From NCBI GenBank assembly GCA_003443635.1, contig CP031964.1:526321-590320 (forward strand): DNA of 64,000 nt, in the 5' to 3' direction. This DNA is from Flavobacteriaceae bacterium (GTDB lineage Bacteria; Bacteroidota; Bacteroidia; Flavobacteriales; Flavobacteriaceae). Under the pieces are notes generated by a model. It was not told the origin of the DNA. It saw only the letters and a list, made by a program, of their open reading frames with translations, and did not search any database. The translations under genes were made by a program, and so were the position numbers. Numbering within the stretch: position 1 is the first letter of the stretch; every line of letters begins with the position of its first letter. Below are positions 40,141 through 50,338 of the stretch, piece by piece.

Positions 40141-41955
40141 ATGCAAAGAGCACTTTTACTAATCGTATTTTTAAGTTTATTTAGCTGCAAACAAGAAGTA
40201 AATAGAGAAACAGCTTCTGCTTCTACTAATGGAACATCTACCTACAGCATTTCTTTTGAAAACGCAGTACATCATGAAGCCGTGATTAATGCAACCTTTA
40301 CAGGACTACCAGTAGGCGAAGCAGAATTTCGTATGAGTCGTACCTCACCAGGACGATACGCATTGCATGAGTTTATGAAAAACATATACGATGTAAAAGT
40401 TACTGATGGTGTTGGAAATGAATTAAAAACTACGCGTCCAGATCCATATTCTTGGTTGGTAAATGGTCACGACGGCACTATAAAAGTTAGCTATACATTA
40501 TATGCCAATCGAGGTGATGGTACCTATGCTCAAGTTGATGAAACACACGCGCATCTTAATATTCCAGCAACTTTTATATACGCACCAAGTTTAGAAAATA
40601 ACGATATTGAAGTTACTTTTAATGTCCGTGAAGATTTAGGTTGGAAAGTTGCTACGCAATTAAAGCATGTTGAGGGCAATACCTATTACGCCAGAGATTT
40701 ACAATATTTTATGGATAGCCCAACTGAGGTAAGTAATCATAGTGTACGTTCGTTTGATGTAGGTGACCAAAAAGTAAATTTCGCATTGCACCATAATGGT
40801 ACCGATGCCGAGTTTGATGAATTTTTCGAAAGAGTCAAAAAAGTAGTATTACAGCAAGAAGCTGTGTTTGGCGAACTACCAAAGTACGATTATGGCGAAT
40901 ACACCTTTTTGGGTTGCTATATTCCAAATGCATCAGGGGATGGTATGGAACATCGTAATTCTACTATTGTTACAAGTACACGTAGTCTAGCCAATGGCGG
41001 ACTCTCAGGTAATTTAGGAACTGTATCACACGAATTTTTCCATTGTTGGAATGTAGAGCGTATTCGTCCACAAAGTTTAGACCCATTCGATTTTAAAGAA
41101 GCTAATATGAGTGGCGAATTATGGTTTGCCGAAGGCTTTACCAGTTACTACACCAATTTAATGATTACTCGCGCAGGACTAATGGAACCTGAGCGTTACG
41201 TTCGTGGATTAACAGGCACTTTTAATTATGTGTGGAATTCCCCAGGGCGCAAATTCTTCAACCCTATCGAAATGAGTTATCAAGCTCCTTTTGTAGATGC
41301 GGCTCGTTCGGTAGACGATATCAACCGTAACAATACCTTTATTTCATATTATTCCTATGGAAGTGCACTAGGTTTGGCTTTAGATTTATCACTACGTGAG
41401 CAAGGATTAAATCTAGACGATTATATGAAATTGGTTTGGACCACCTACGGAAAAGTAGAAGATTACTATACCATTCAAGATTTGCATAATACATTAAATG
41501 AGTATGCGGGAGCAGACTTTGGTGATGCTTTTTTTAATAATTACATTTATAAAAGCGAAATGCCTGACTATGAACGTTTATTTAAAAATGTAGGCGTCTA
41601 TTTAGCAAATAATAAAGAACGTGTCTCTTTCGGAGGATTTTTAAGAAACCAAACCATTACGGCTAATGTAACAATAGGTTCATCAGCTTATGAAGCAGGA
41701 TTAGAGAAAGGAGATAAACTAATTAAAATAGGGGATATAGTACTTACTGAAACAACAAGACTTAATGATGTGATTAGTCAATATAAGCCTAATGATATGG
41801 TGACTGTAACTTATGAACGTTTAGGAAAAGCGAGAACCACACAATTAACTTTTCAGCAGGATCCATCGTATAGCATTTCATTATTTGAAGTCAATAATAT
41901 AGAATTACCTGATGAAGCCAAAGCTAATCGTGATGCCTGGTTAAAGGCGAAATGA
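40141..41955 (+). CDS. M61-like gluzincin lipoprotein peptidase with C-terminal PDZ domain
   Basis: It has a lipobox (LSLFSCKQE). The zinc motifs are HEFFHCWN followed by the WFAEGFTSYY glutamate motif. The C-terminal block GLEKGDKLIKIGDIVL is PDZ-like. Confidence 0.75.
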   Translation: MQRALLLIVFLSLFSCKQEVNRETASASTNGTSTYSISFENAVHHEAVINATFTGLPVGEAEFRMSRTSPGRYALHEFMKNIYDVKVTDGVGNELKTTRPDPYSWLVNGHDGTIKVSYTLYANRGDGTYAQVDETHAHLNIPATFIYAPSLENNDIEVTFNVREDLGWKVATQLKHVEGNTYYARDLQYFMDSPTEVSNHSVRSFDVGDQKVNFALHHNGTDAEFDEFFERVKKVVLQQEAVFGELPKYDYGEYTFLGCYIPNASGDGMEHRNSTIVTSTRSLANGGLSGNLGTVSHEFFHCWNVERIRPQSLDPFDFKEANMSGELWFAEGFTSYYTNLMITRAGLMEPERYVRGLTGTFNYVWNSPGRKFFNPIEMSYQAPFVDAARSVDDINRNNTFISYYSYGSALGLALDLSLREQGLNLDDYMKLVWTTYGKVEDYYTIQDLHNTLNEYAGADFGDAFFNNYIYKSEMPDYERLFKNVGVYLANNKERVSFGGFLRNQTITANVTIGSSAYEAGLEKGDKLIKIGDIVLTETTRLNDVISQYKPNDMVTVTYERLGKARTTQLTFQQDPSYSISLFEVNNIELPDEAKANRDAWLKAK

Positions 41956-41960
41956 TAAAT

Positions 41961-42503
41961 TTATGAATATTGAATTTCTCCTGTTTCTTGATAAGTATCT
42001 TTATTAACCCATTGATGATTACCTTTTACTGAAGCATCTAATAAATCTATTTGTAACTTTTCAGCAATTAGATATCCATTTTTAATGGATTCATCATAGT
42101 TTTCTAAAATCATTAAGTTTAAAATTTTATTTTTTTGATACCATAAATTTATTTGAAAATAACTACCTGTTTTAAAAACTGAAACATATTCTAGATCTAT
42201 CAAATCTTGCCATGTTTCTTTATAATTAAAAACTCCTATTTGATACTGATGTTTTATTTTCTTTTTTTCAAAATTTAAATGAATATTATGTATGGCAATT
42301 GAGCGAATTGAAGATAAAAATAATATGCATATTAAGAGAATTAAATAAATTGTAATAGTCCATTTTTGAGGATGATTTAAAAAATCTTTATATAAAAATA
42401 AGTATACTATATAACTTAGTAAGCTTGCATATAAGAATGCTACTATAACCCTATTTATTAATGGTTTTTTTGGCTCTCTTATTATAAGGTCACTTTTATA
42501 CAT
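41961..42503 (-). CDS. two-TM membrane protein; paralog B of 38553..39095
   Basis: The ORF track extends to 42545. The Met at 42503 (MYKSDLIIREPKK) aligns with the paralog A start, gives an identical length of 180 aa, and leaves a 66-bp divergent spacer to umuC. Confidence 0.5.
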   Translation of the reverse strand: MYKSDLIIREPKKPLINRVIVAFLYASLLSYIVYLFLYKDFLNHPQKWTITIYLILLICILFLSSIRSIAIHNIHLNFEKKKIKHQYQIGVFNYKETWQDLIDLEYVSVFKTGSYFQINLWYQKNKILNLMILENYDESIKNGYLIAEKLQIDLLDASVKGNHQWVNKDTYQETGEIQYS

Positions 42504-42569
42504 TCTACAAATATATAGAAAGCGTATTTTACTTTTTATACTCAAAAGGTCTTTGTATTTTTATAAAAT

Positions 42570-43820
42570 ATGTTTGCGCTTGTCGATTGTAATAATTTTT
42601 ATGCATCTTGTGAACGGGTATTTAACCCGAATTTGCAACATAAACCTATAGCAATACTTTCTAATAATGATGGCTGTGTAATCTCCAGGAGTGATGAAGC
42701 TAAAGCCATCGGACTCCCTATGGGAGCACCTATTTTTAAATGGGAAAGTTTTTGTAAAATAAATCATATTCAAATATTATCCTCTAACTATCCATTATAT
42801 GGTGACTTAAGTAGTCGTGTAATGTCTATTCTCGAGCAATTAACACCTAACGTGGAAATATATAGTATTGACGAAGCCTTTATTGAGTTTAATAATTTAG
42901 AGAATGATAATGAGTTTGGCCTTAAAATACGTGAACGTATTTTAAAATGGATAGGTATTCCAACTTCTGTAGGTATAGCTCCAACAAAAGCATTGTCTAA
43001 AGTAGCAAATAAAATAGCACGAAAATTTTCGAAAGAAACCAAAGGAGTTTATGTTATAGATTCTGAAGAAAAGCGGATTAAAGCTTTAAAATGGATTAAA
43101 ATTGAAGATGTATGGGGTATAGGTTATGGACTTCAAAAACGATTAAAAGCTAAAAATTGTAAAACAGCTTATGATTTTGTGCAATTACCAGATGAGTGGA
43201 TACGCAAGCATTTTTCAATTGTAGAATGGCGACTTAAAAAAGAATTAGAAGGTATTTCAAAATTAACATTAGATCATTTGAAAACCAAACGTGCCATTGC
43301 AACTACACGAAGTTTTGAATATACGTATTCTGATATTGATAATATAAAAGAACGCATTTCGACTTTTGCGAGCAGTTGCGCTGAAAAATTAAGAGTACAA
43401 GGTTCCAGTTGCTATGTTATTTATGTTATATTAAGAAGTGACCGTCATAAAAAAAATACAGAGCAACATCGTGTAAGTACAATTGTTAATTTACCATATC
43501 CTACAGACTCATCCATTATTATAAGTAATGAAGCAGTAAAAGCAGTAATGACTATTTTTAAAAAAGGTGTAAAATACAAGCGTGCAGGTGTTATTGTCAC
43601 AGGGTTAGTGCCTACGGATAATTTTCAACTCAATTTATTTCAGAAAGAAAACCCAAAACATAAACCATTGATGCAATCGATAGATATTTTAAATACAAAA
43701 TATGGCGATTATAAAATAAAATTGGCTAATCAAGATTTAAAACGTACTTGGAAAATGCGTCAAGAACGCTTATCGCCAAGGTACACGACAGATATTAATG
43801 ATATTATAAAAGTAAAATGA
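42570..43820 (+). CDS. umuC: Y-family translesion DNA polymerase (UmuC-like)
   Basis: The N-terminus MFALVDCNNFYASCERVF is typical, with catalytic Asp/Glu in SIDEAFIEF. It is 416 aa. Confidence 0.85.
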   Translation: MFALVDCNNFYASCERVFNPNLQHKPIAILSNNDGCVISRSDEAKAIGLPMGAPIFKWESFCKINHIQILSSNYPLYGDLSSRVMSILEQLTPNVEIYSIDEAFIEFNNLENDNEFGLKIRERILKWIGIPTSVGIAPTKALSKVANKIARKFSKETKGVYVIDSEEKRIKALKWIKIEDVWGIGYGLQKRLKAKNCKTAYDFVQLPDEWIRKHFSIVEWRLKKELEGISKLTLDHLKTKRAIATTRSFEYTYSDIDNIKERISTFASSCAEKLRVQGSSCYVIYVILRSDRHKKNTEQHRVSTIVNLPYPTDSSIIISNEAVKAVMTIFKKGVKYKRAGVIVTGLVPTDNFQLNLFQKENPKHKPLMQSIDILNTKYGDYKIKLANQDLKRTWKMRQERLSPRYTTDINDIIKVK

Positions 43821-44257
43821 TACTACATAAATCTAAACACCTTACATTTTTTACTCCTGAAAATTTTAAAGATACAGGCGCTCATTTTTTTGATACAGGT
43901 ATTTCAGCAGGTTTTCCATCACCAGCTGAAGATTTTAAACAACAACGTTTATCATTAGATAAAGAACTTATTAAAAATAAAGAAGCAACTTTTTTTGCAC
44001 GGGTTAGTGGGCAATCTATGATAGGAGCAGGATTAGATGATAACGATCTTTTGGTTATTGATAGAAGTTTAGATCCTGCACATAATAAAATTGCGGTTTG
44101 TTTTTTAGATGGTGAGTTTACTGTAAAACGATTAAAAATTGAAAATGAAGAGTTATGGTTACAGCCAGAAAACCCTAGTTATAAGCCTATTCAAGTTACT
44201 GAAGAGAATAACTTTGTAATTTGGGGTATCGTTACTAATGTGATTAAAAGAGTTTAA
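43817..44257 (+). CDS. umuD: S24 LexA-like self-cleaving peptidase (UmuD-like)
   Basis: It has the Ser nucleophile in VSGQSMIGAGL and the Lys in VKRLKIE. It lacks an N-terminal HTH. It overlaps the umuC stop (ATGA). Confidence 0.8.
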   Translation: MILHKSKHLTFFTPENFKDTGAHFFDTGISAGFPSPAEDFKQQRLSLDKELIKNKEATFFARVSGQSMIGAGLDDNDLLVIDRSLDPAHNKIAVCFLDGEFTVKRLKIENEELWLQPENPSYKPIQVTEENNFVIWGIVTNVIKRV

Positions 44258-44265
44258 TTTATATA

Positions 44266-44811
44266 GTGCAGAATATTGTTTATAAACGAGCAGAATTAAA
44301 TACAGAATTGAAGCAAATTCTACAGCTTCAAAATGCAAATTTACCTAATACTGTTTCAGAAACAGATCAAATTAAAGAGGCGTTTTTAACGGTAGTTCAT
44401 AACTTTAAACTGCTTAAAGCAATGAATAATGTGTGCCCACATATTATCGCTGTAGACAAGAAAAAAGTGATTGGATATGCTTTGTGTATGGATAAAGCTT
44501 TTAATGATAGCATAGATATTATTAAACCATTATTTGAAAAAATAGAAAAGAACGATATGGTATCTAATTTAAAATATATTGTTATGGGACAAGTTTGCAT
44601 TGCTAAAACATATAGAGGGCGAGGTGTTTTTAGAAAACTTTATCAAGTAATGAAAAAAGTATTACAATTAGATTATGATGTCCTTATTACAGAAGTAGAT
44701 ACTAAAAACATAAGATCTGTGAATGCACATCGTGCAATTGGATTTAATGTATTATATTCATATCGCTCTAATCAACAAGATTGGCAAATTATATATTTAA
44801 ATTTAAAATAG
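44266..44811 (+). CDS. GNAT family N-acetyltransferase
   Basis: The acetyl-CoA binding block QVCIAKTYRGRGVFRKL (Q/RxxGxG/A) is present. It is 181 aa. Confidence 0.7.
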   Translation: MQNIVYKRAELNTELKQILQLQNANLPNTVSETDQIKEAFLTVVHNFKLLKAMNNVCPHIIAVDKKKVIGYALCMDKAFNDSIDIIKPLFEKIEKNDMVSNLKYIVMGQVCIAKTYRGRGVFRKLYQVMKKVLQLDYDVLITEVDTKNIRSVNAHRAIGFNVLYSYRSNQQDWQIIYLNLK

Positions 44812-44845
44812 ATTTTTTTAAAACCACAACACTAACTTTATTAAA

Positions 44846-46510
44846 ATGACTGAGCAAAAAAACTACAAACAAGCTTTATCTACACTTGTTACCGTATTTT
44901 TCTTTTGGGGATTTATTGCTGCTTCTAATGGTGTATTCATTCCGTTTTGTAAAACGTATTTTGCAATTGATCAATTTCAATCTCAATTAGTTGACTTCGC
45001 ATTTTACGGAGCATATTATTTTGGTGCTTTGGTACTATTTATACTATCAAATACTAAAGGAAAAGATATTATGAATGCTTGGGGTTATAAAAATGGGATT
45101 ATATATGGACTTTTATTAAGTGCTTTGGGTGCAGTTGTTATGTTTCCAGCTATAGCAGGCGCAGAACCAGGAGATTCTAATGTATTTTATTATGTGTTGA
45201 TTGCATTGTTTATTGTTGGACTAGGGTTCTCTATTCAACAAACGGCAGCAAATCCCTTTGCTATAGCTTTAGGAGATCCAGAAAAAGGTGCACATCGATT
45301 AAATTTGGCTGGAGGAGTAAATTCTTTTGGAACAACAATAGGACCTATAGTAATTGCACTTATTTTATTTGGATCTGCACCAAAATCGGGAGCAGAATTA
45401 GATGCTTTAATTACTAGTGGGGGTATCAAACTTTCAACAATACAATATTTATATTTAGCAGTTGGAGGTTTGTTTGTGTTAGCAGCAGCTTTATTTTATT
45501 TTTCTAAAAGATTACCTCAAGGAAAAGCAGATGCAACAATTATAAAAGCGCCAAAAGCTATAGGTGCATTAACAATAATGACTATCTTATTAATTGCTTG
45601 TTTTTATTTGATTTTTGGTCAATACAAAAATGAGATACCAGACAATGACTTTATTTTAAAGCTAACCATCGTAAGTTTAGTTATTGTTATAGGAGTTTTG
45701 TTAATTTCTAATATGATGGCTAAAAAAAATGAAACAGGATGGGGAGCTATGCGTTATCCACAGCTAGTTTTAGGGATGCTAGCTATATTTACCTATGTTG
45801 GTGTTGAAGTTACCATTCAAAGTAATTTAGGAGAACTATTAAAATTTGTAACAAAAACTGTTAACGGCGTAGACTTGAATCCATTAGGATTAAGAGCAAT
45901 GAGTGATACTGAGATAGCTCCATTAATATCAATGTATTGGGGAGGACTAATGATAGGAAGATGGGCTGGAGCCATTACTGTATTTAATCCATCTAATAAA
46001 ATAAAAACGTGGTTATATATCCTTGTTCCTTATATTGCTTTTGGAGTTATTTTATTTGTGAATTATATCTCTGGTTTTAGCGTAAAAGGATTATTCTTGT
46101 TTGCAATTTGTGTAGCGATACAAATAGGAGCATTTTTTGTAGGTAAAGATAAACCGGCTCTAACACTCAAAATATTTGGATTGTTGGGAGTGTTTGCTAT
46201 TTTAATTGGGCTATTTACTAGCGGTACAGTGGCATTGTTTGCCTTTTTAAGTGGAGGATTGTTCTGCTCTATTATGTGGCCTAGTATTTTTGCATTAAGC
46301 ATTAGAGGTTTAGGAAAATATACATCTCAAGGATCTGCATTTTTAATTATGATGATCTTAGGAGGAGCAATAATCCCGCCATTACAAGGAAAGTTAGCAG
46401 ATGTTATAGGAATTCATAATTCATATTGGATAGCTGCAGGATGCTTTTTATACTTAGCATTTTTTGCACAACGAGTTGAAGGTTTAATAAGAAAAGCTAA
46501 AGTAATTTAA
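44846..46510 (+). CDS. MFS sugar:H+ symporter (FHS family, FucP/GluP-like)
   Basis: It has twelve TM helices. The N-terminus [19 protein letters not shown] is typical of fucose/glucose-galactose permeases. It is 554 aa. Confidence 0.75.
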   Translation: MTEQKNYKQALSTLVTVFFFWGFIAASNGVFIPFCKTYFAIDQFQSQLVDFAFYGAYYFGALVLFILSNTKGKDIMNAWGYKNGIIYGLLLSALGAVVMFPAIAGAEPGDSNVFYYVLIALFIVGLGFSIQQTAANPFAIALGDPEKGAHRLNLAGGVNSFGTTIGPIVIALILFGSAPKSGAELDALITSGGIKLSTIQYLYLAVGGLFVLAAALFYFSKRLPQGKADATIIKAPKAIGALTIMTILLIACFYLIFGQYKNEIPDNDFILKLTIVSLVIVIGVLLISNMMAKKNETGWGAMRYPQLVLGMLAIFTYVGVEVTIQSNLGELLKFVTKTVNGVDLNPLGLRAMSDTEIAPLISMYWGGLMIGRWAGAITVFNPSNKIKTWLYILVPYIAFGVILFVNYISGFSVKGLFLFAICVAIQIGAFFVGKDKPALTLKIFGLLGVFAILIGLFTSGTVALFAFLSGGLFCSIMWPSIFALSIRGLGKYTSQGSAFLIMMILGGAIIPPLQGKLADVIGIHNSYWIAAGCFLYLAFFAQRVEGLIRKAKVI

Positions 46511-46528
46511 AAAAATAATGATATAAAA

Positions 46529-46566
46529 CAAAAAACGCGGAGCAATTAGCTTCGCGTTTTTTGTTT
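46529..46566. terminator. bidirectional intrinsic terminator between the MFS gene and atpC
   Basis: The sequence aaaaaacgcggagcaattagcttcgcgttttttgtttt is a GC-rich 7-bp stem with A and T runs on both sides. Confidence 0.6.
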
Positions 46567-46582
46567 TATATAGATTAAGAAA

Positions 46583-46858
46583 TTAATCAGCTAATACAAT
46601 AACTTTATTATCTTTCATTTCTATAGTTCCAGAATTAATAGCTAATAACATTCCTTTATCACCTTTAGTAAATTTGTCTTGAACTTCTTCTTCTAATTGA
46701 ATATCTCCAAAAATTTTCACATTCCCTTCTTTTAATAAAGATACAATAGGTGCGTGATTATTTAACATTTCAAAGTCACCATTTACACCTGGTACAGAAA
46801 TAGAGTTTACTTCTCCACTGAATAAAGTTGCTTCTGGGGTTACAATTTCTAAATACAT
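46583..46858 (-). CDS. atpC: F0F1 ATP synthase subunit epsilon
   Basis: It is 91 aa and begins MYLEIVTPEATLFSGEV, immediately downstream of atpD. Confidence 0.9.
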   Translation of the reverse strand: MYLEIVTPEATLFSGEVNSISVPGVNGDFEMLNNHAPIVSLLKEGNVKIFGDIQLEEEVQDKFTKGDKGMLLAINSGTIEMKDNKVIVLAD

Positions 46859-46909
46859 AAATAAAAGGTATTTAATTTATTTCCGTAAAAACGAAAAACT
46901 TATTATTTA

Positions 46910-48421
<1,512 letters not shown>

Positions 48422-48574
48422 TTATGTGTTTATTGTTTTGCTAAAATGATAAACGAAAATACAGCTTGATTTTCGCGCTGCAAAGATATATTTTTTAATT
48501 AAAAATAAAGGTGTTTAAATTCAAAAAATAGATATTTTTTTAGAACTTGTTTTTTAACTAAAAAAGAAAGGGTT

Positions 48575-48610
48575 TAAAATAAAAAACCCAGAACAAAATT
48601 CTGGGTCTTA
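48575..48610 (-). terminator. intrinsic terminator of the SGNH lipoprotein / TonB receptor operon
   Basis: The minus strand reads cccagaattttgttctggg followed by tttttt. Confidence 0.6.
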
Positions 48611-48631
48611 AGTTTTTATATAATATTATTT

Positions 48632-50242
48632 TTATTGTAAAGTTGCAGGGTAAATTACTGGAAAATCTCCAATATTGTATAGTTGTCCTGCTGCTTCAAA
48701 GTTAGAGCCATAAGTAGCATCAATAGCCCTCATGAACTCATTAGCGATAAGCGCATAACCTCTTGCTGTAGGATGTACCCCATCTAGTGAAAAAGCGCCA
48801 CCTGTTACCAATGCATTAGTAAGTTCGAAATCACCTGAAGAAAGTCCTGTACTAAGTATTGTATTTGCATCTACAAAAGCAAATCCAGCAGATGTAGCTG
48901 CTGTTTGTAATGTTGCATTAAAATTAGCTGTAGCTGTTTGAATTTCTTGACGTTCGCTTGGTATTAATACAAAACGATCTGCTAATGGTAATGTAATGCC
49001 TTGTGCAGAAAATTGTGCTGCTAATGTTGGAGGTAAACCAGCATTTGTTAAAAAAGTCATAGTATCAGAATCAATGGTTCCAATTATTGGTAAGCTAGTA
49101 AGTGTTAATAAATCATTTTCATTGGCTTGCCTTGTTTGTCCATAAGTTTGCCCTAATAAACCGGCTACAAGGCCTATTGTTTGTGGGTCTGTAGGTAATC
49201 CTAAACTTCCAACAAATGCAGCAAAATTAGGATCTCCACCTAATATCGTTGCTAATGTTGTGGAAATATCTGCCAAATCTTCATCCTCAATCACAACAGG
49301 GCTAGCCGCATCTGTTGCAAAAACTATTGAACGTTCTGGCATTTGCAAGGCAGTATACACTTGATTTAGCATACCAAAAATACTGTTTAGTATAGGTATT
49401 TGAGGTCCAAAATCTGGGTTAGCTGGACTTAAAGGTGCAAACGGTACCGTATTAAAAAATGCAATTGCAGTAACATCTGGAATATTAGCAACAACTGCTT
49501 GTGCTCCACTATTTGATATTGCTGTAAATATACTTTGAACTGAAGCATCAAAAACACCTTGAGACGTTATGGCATCTCTAGTTTGATCACCACCACTTGT
49601 TGCAAAACCTAATACATCATTATTACCAATCCATAAAGATACGAAAGTTGGGTTTTGAGCTAAAGCATCTTCTAAAACAGAAGCATTTGGAGATGATGCC
49701 ATTCTTACAAAATAAGGATTAGCAGTAGGTGGGTTTGTTCCTAAACCAGAAATATTGCCCAAACCATTAAATGCTACTTGAAAACTACGTAATCCAGGTA
49801 CTCCCATGTTATTAAATGGACCAGTAGGATTATTTAATGCAATATCTGTAGTTGGGGTAGCTGGGAGAGATGCAGGACCAGATCCATCAAAAAATAACCT
49901 AGGCCCAAAACCAGGAAGTGGATTACCCCCTAATAATAAGCCTCCAACATTATCACTAGTTAAAGGTTGATTGAAAGCACTACCACCTACTAAGCCAAAT
50001 CTTTGTGATAATAAATTTGGAAATGAATTTGCTTGACCAGCTCGAAATAAAGCATTATCTGTAAAACCAGCAGTTAATGAATTACCTATAGATACAAAGT
50101 TTGCGAAATTTGCAGCTCCAGCAGATAATTCTGGAGTAGGATCAACTTGAACACTATCATCGTCATTACTACAAGCTGTAAATGCTACAAAAAGGAGGCA
50201 TAACCATATATATTTTGTTTTCATAATACTATTCTTTTTCAT
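48632..50242 (-). CDS. SGNH/GDSL-hydrolase-fold lipoprotein
   Basis: It has a lipobox (VAFTACSNDD). The SGNH blocks are FVSIGNSLTAGF (block I Ser), WIGNNDVLG (block III), and DGVHPT (block V Asp/His). It is 536 aa. Confidence 0.6.
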   Translation of the reverse strand: MKKNSIMKTKYIWLCLLFVAFTACSNDDDSVQVDPTPELSAGAANFANFVSIGNSLTAGFTDNALFRAGQANSFPNLLSQRFGLVGGSAFNQPLTSDNVGGLLLGGNPLPGFGPRLFFDGSGPASLPATPTTDIALNNPTGPFNNMGVPGLRSFQVAFNGLGNISGLGTNPPTANPYFVRMASSPNASVLEDALAQNPTFVSLWIGNNDVLGFATSGGDQTRDAITSQGVFDASVQSIFTAISNSGAQAVVANIPDVTAIAFFNTVPFAPLSPANPDFGPQIPILNSIFGMLNQVYTALQMPERSIVFATDAASPVVIEDEDLADISTTLATILGGDPNFAAFVGSLGLPTDPQTIGLVAGLLGQTYGQTRQANENDLLTLTSLPIIGTIDSDTMTFLTNAGLPPTLAAQFSAQGITLPLADRFVLIPSERQEIQTATANFNATLQTAATSAGFAFVDANTILSTGLSSGDFELTNALVTGGAFSLDGVHPTARGYALIANEFMRAIDATYGSNFEAAGQLYNIGDFPVIYPATLQ

Positions 50243-50338
50243 CTGTTTATTGATATTTTTATTAATTCAGTCAGATGCAATTCTTCAATAATTATTTTTG
50301 ATTTTTATATTAGAATAATTATTCTGACTCATTTCTTT

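Noticed and set aside
42561-43042. Two minus-strand ORFs (42561..42773, 42788..43042) and the 42545 start of paralog B
   Set aside because: Both minus ORFs lie inside umuC. The 42545 start for paralog B would leave only 24 bp to the umuC start. The Met at 42503 aligns with the paralog A N-terminus, so the shorter call is preferred.
38553-44257. Possible integrated mobile element (island between bioF and the GNAT gene)
   Set aside because: There is no integrase, transposase, tRNA attachment site or flanking direct repeats, and no obvious composition shift. Only the inverted paralog pair hints at an old rearrangement, which is reported as a finding and not as a mobile element.
48491-48588. CRISPR-like array
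   Set aside because: There are only two imperfect AT-rich copies and no regular spacer structure. No array was seen anywhere in the window.
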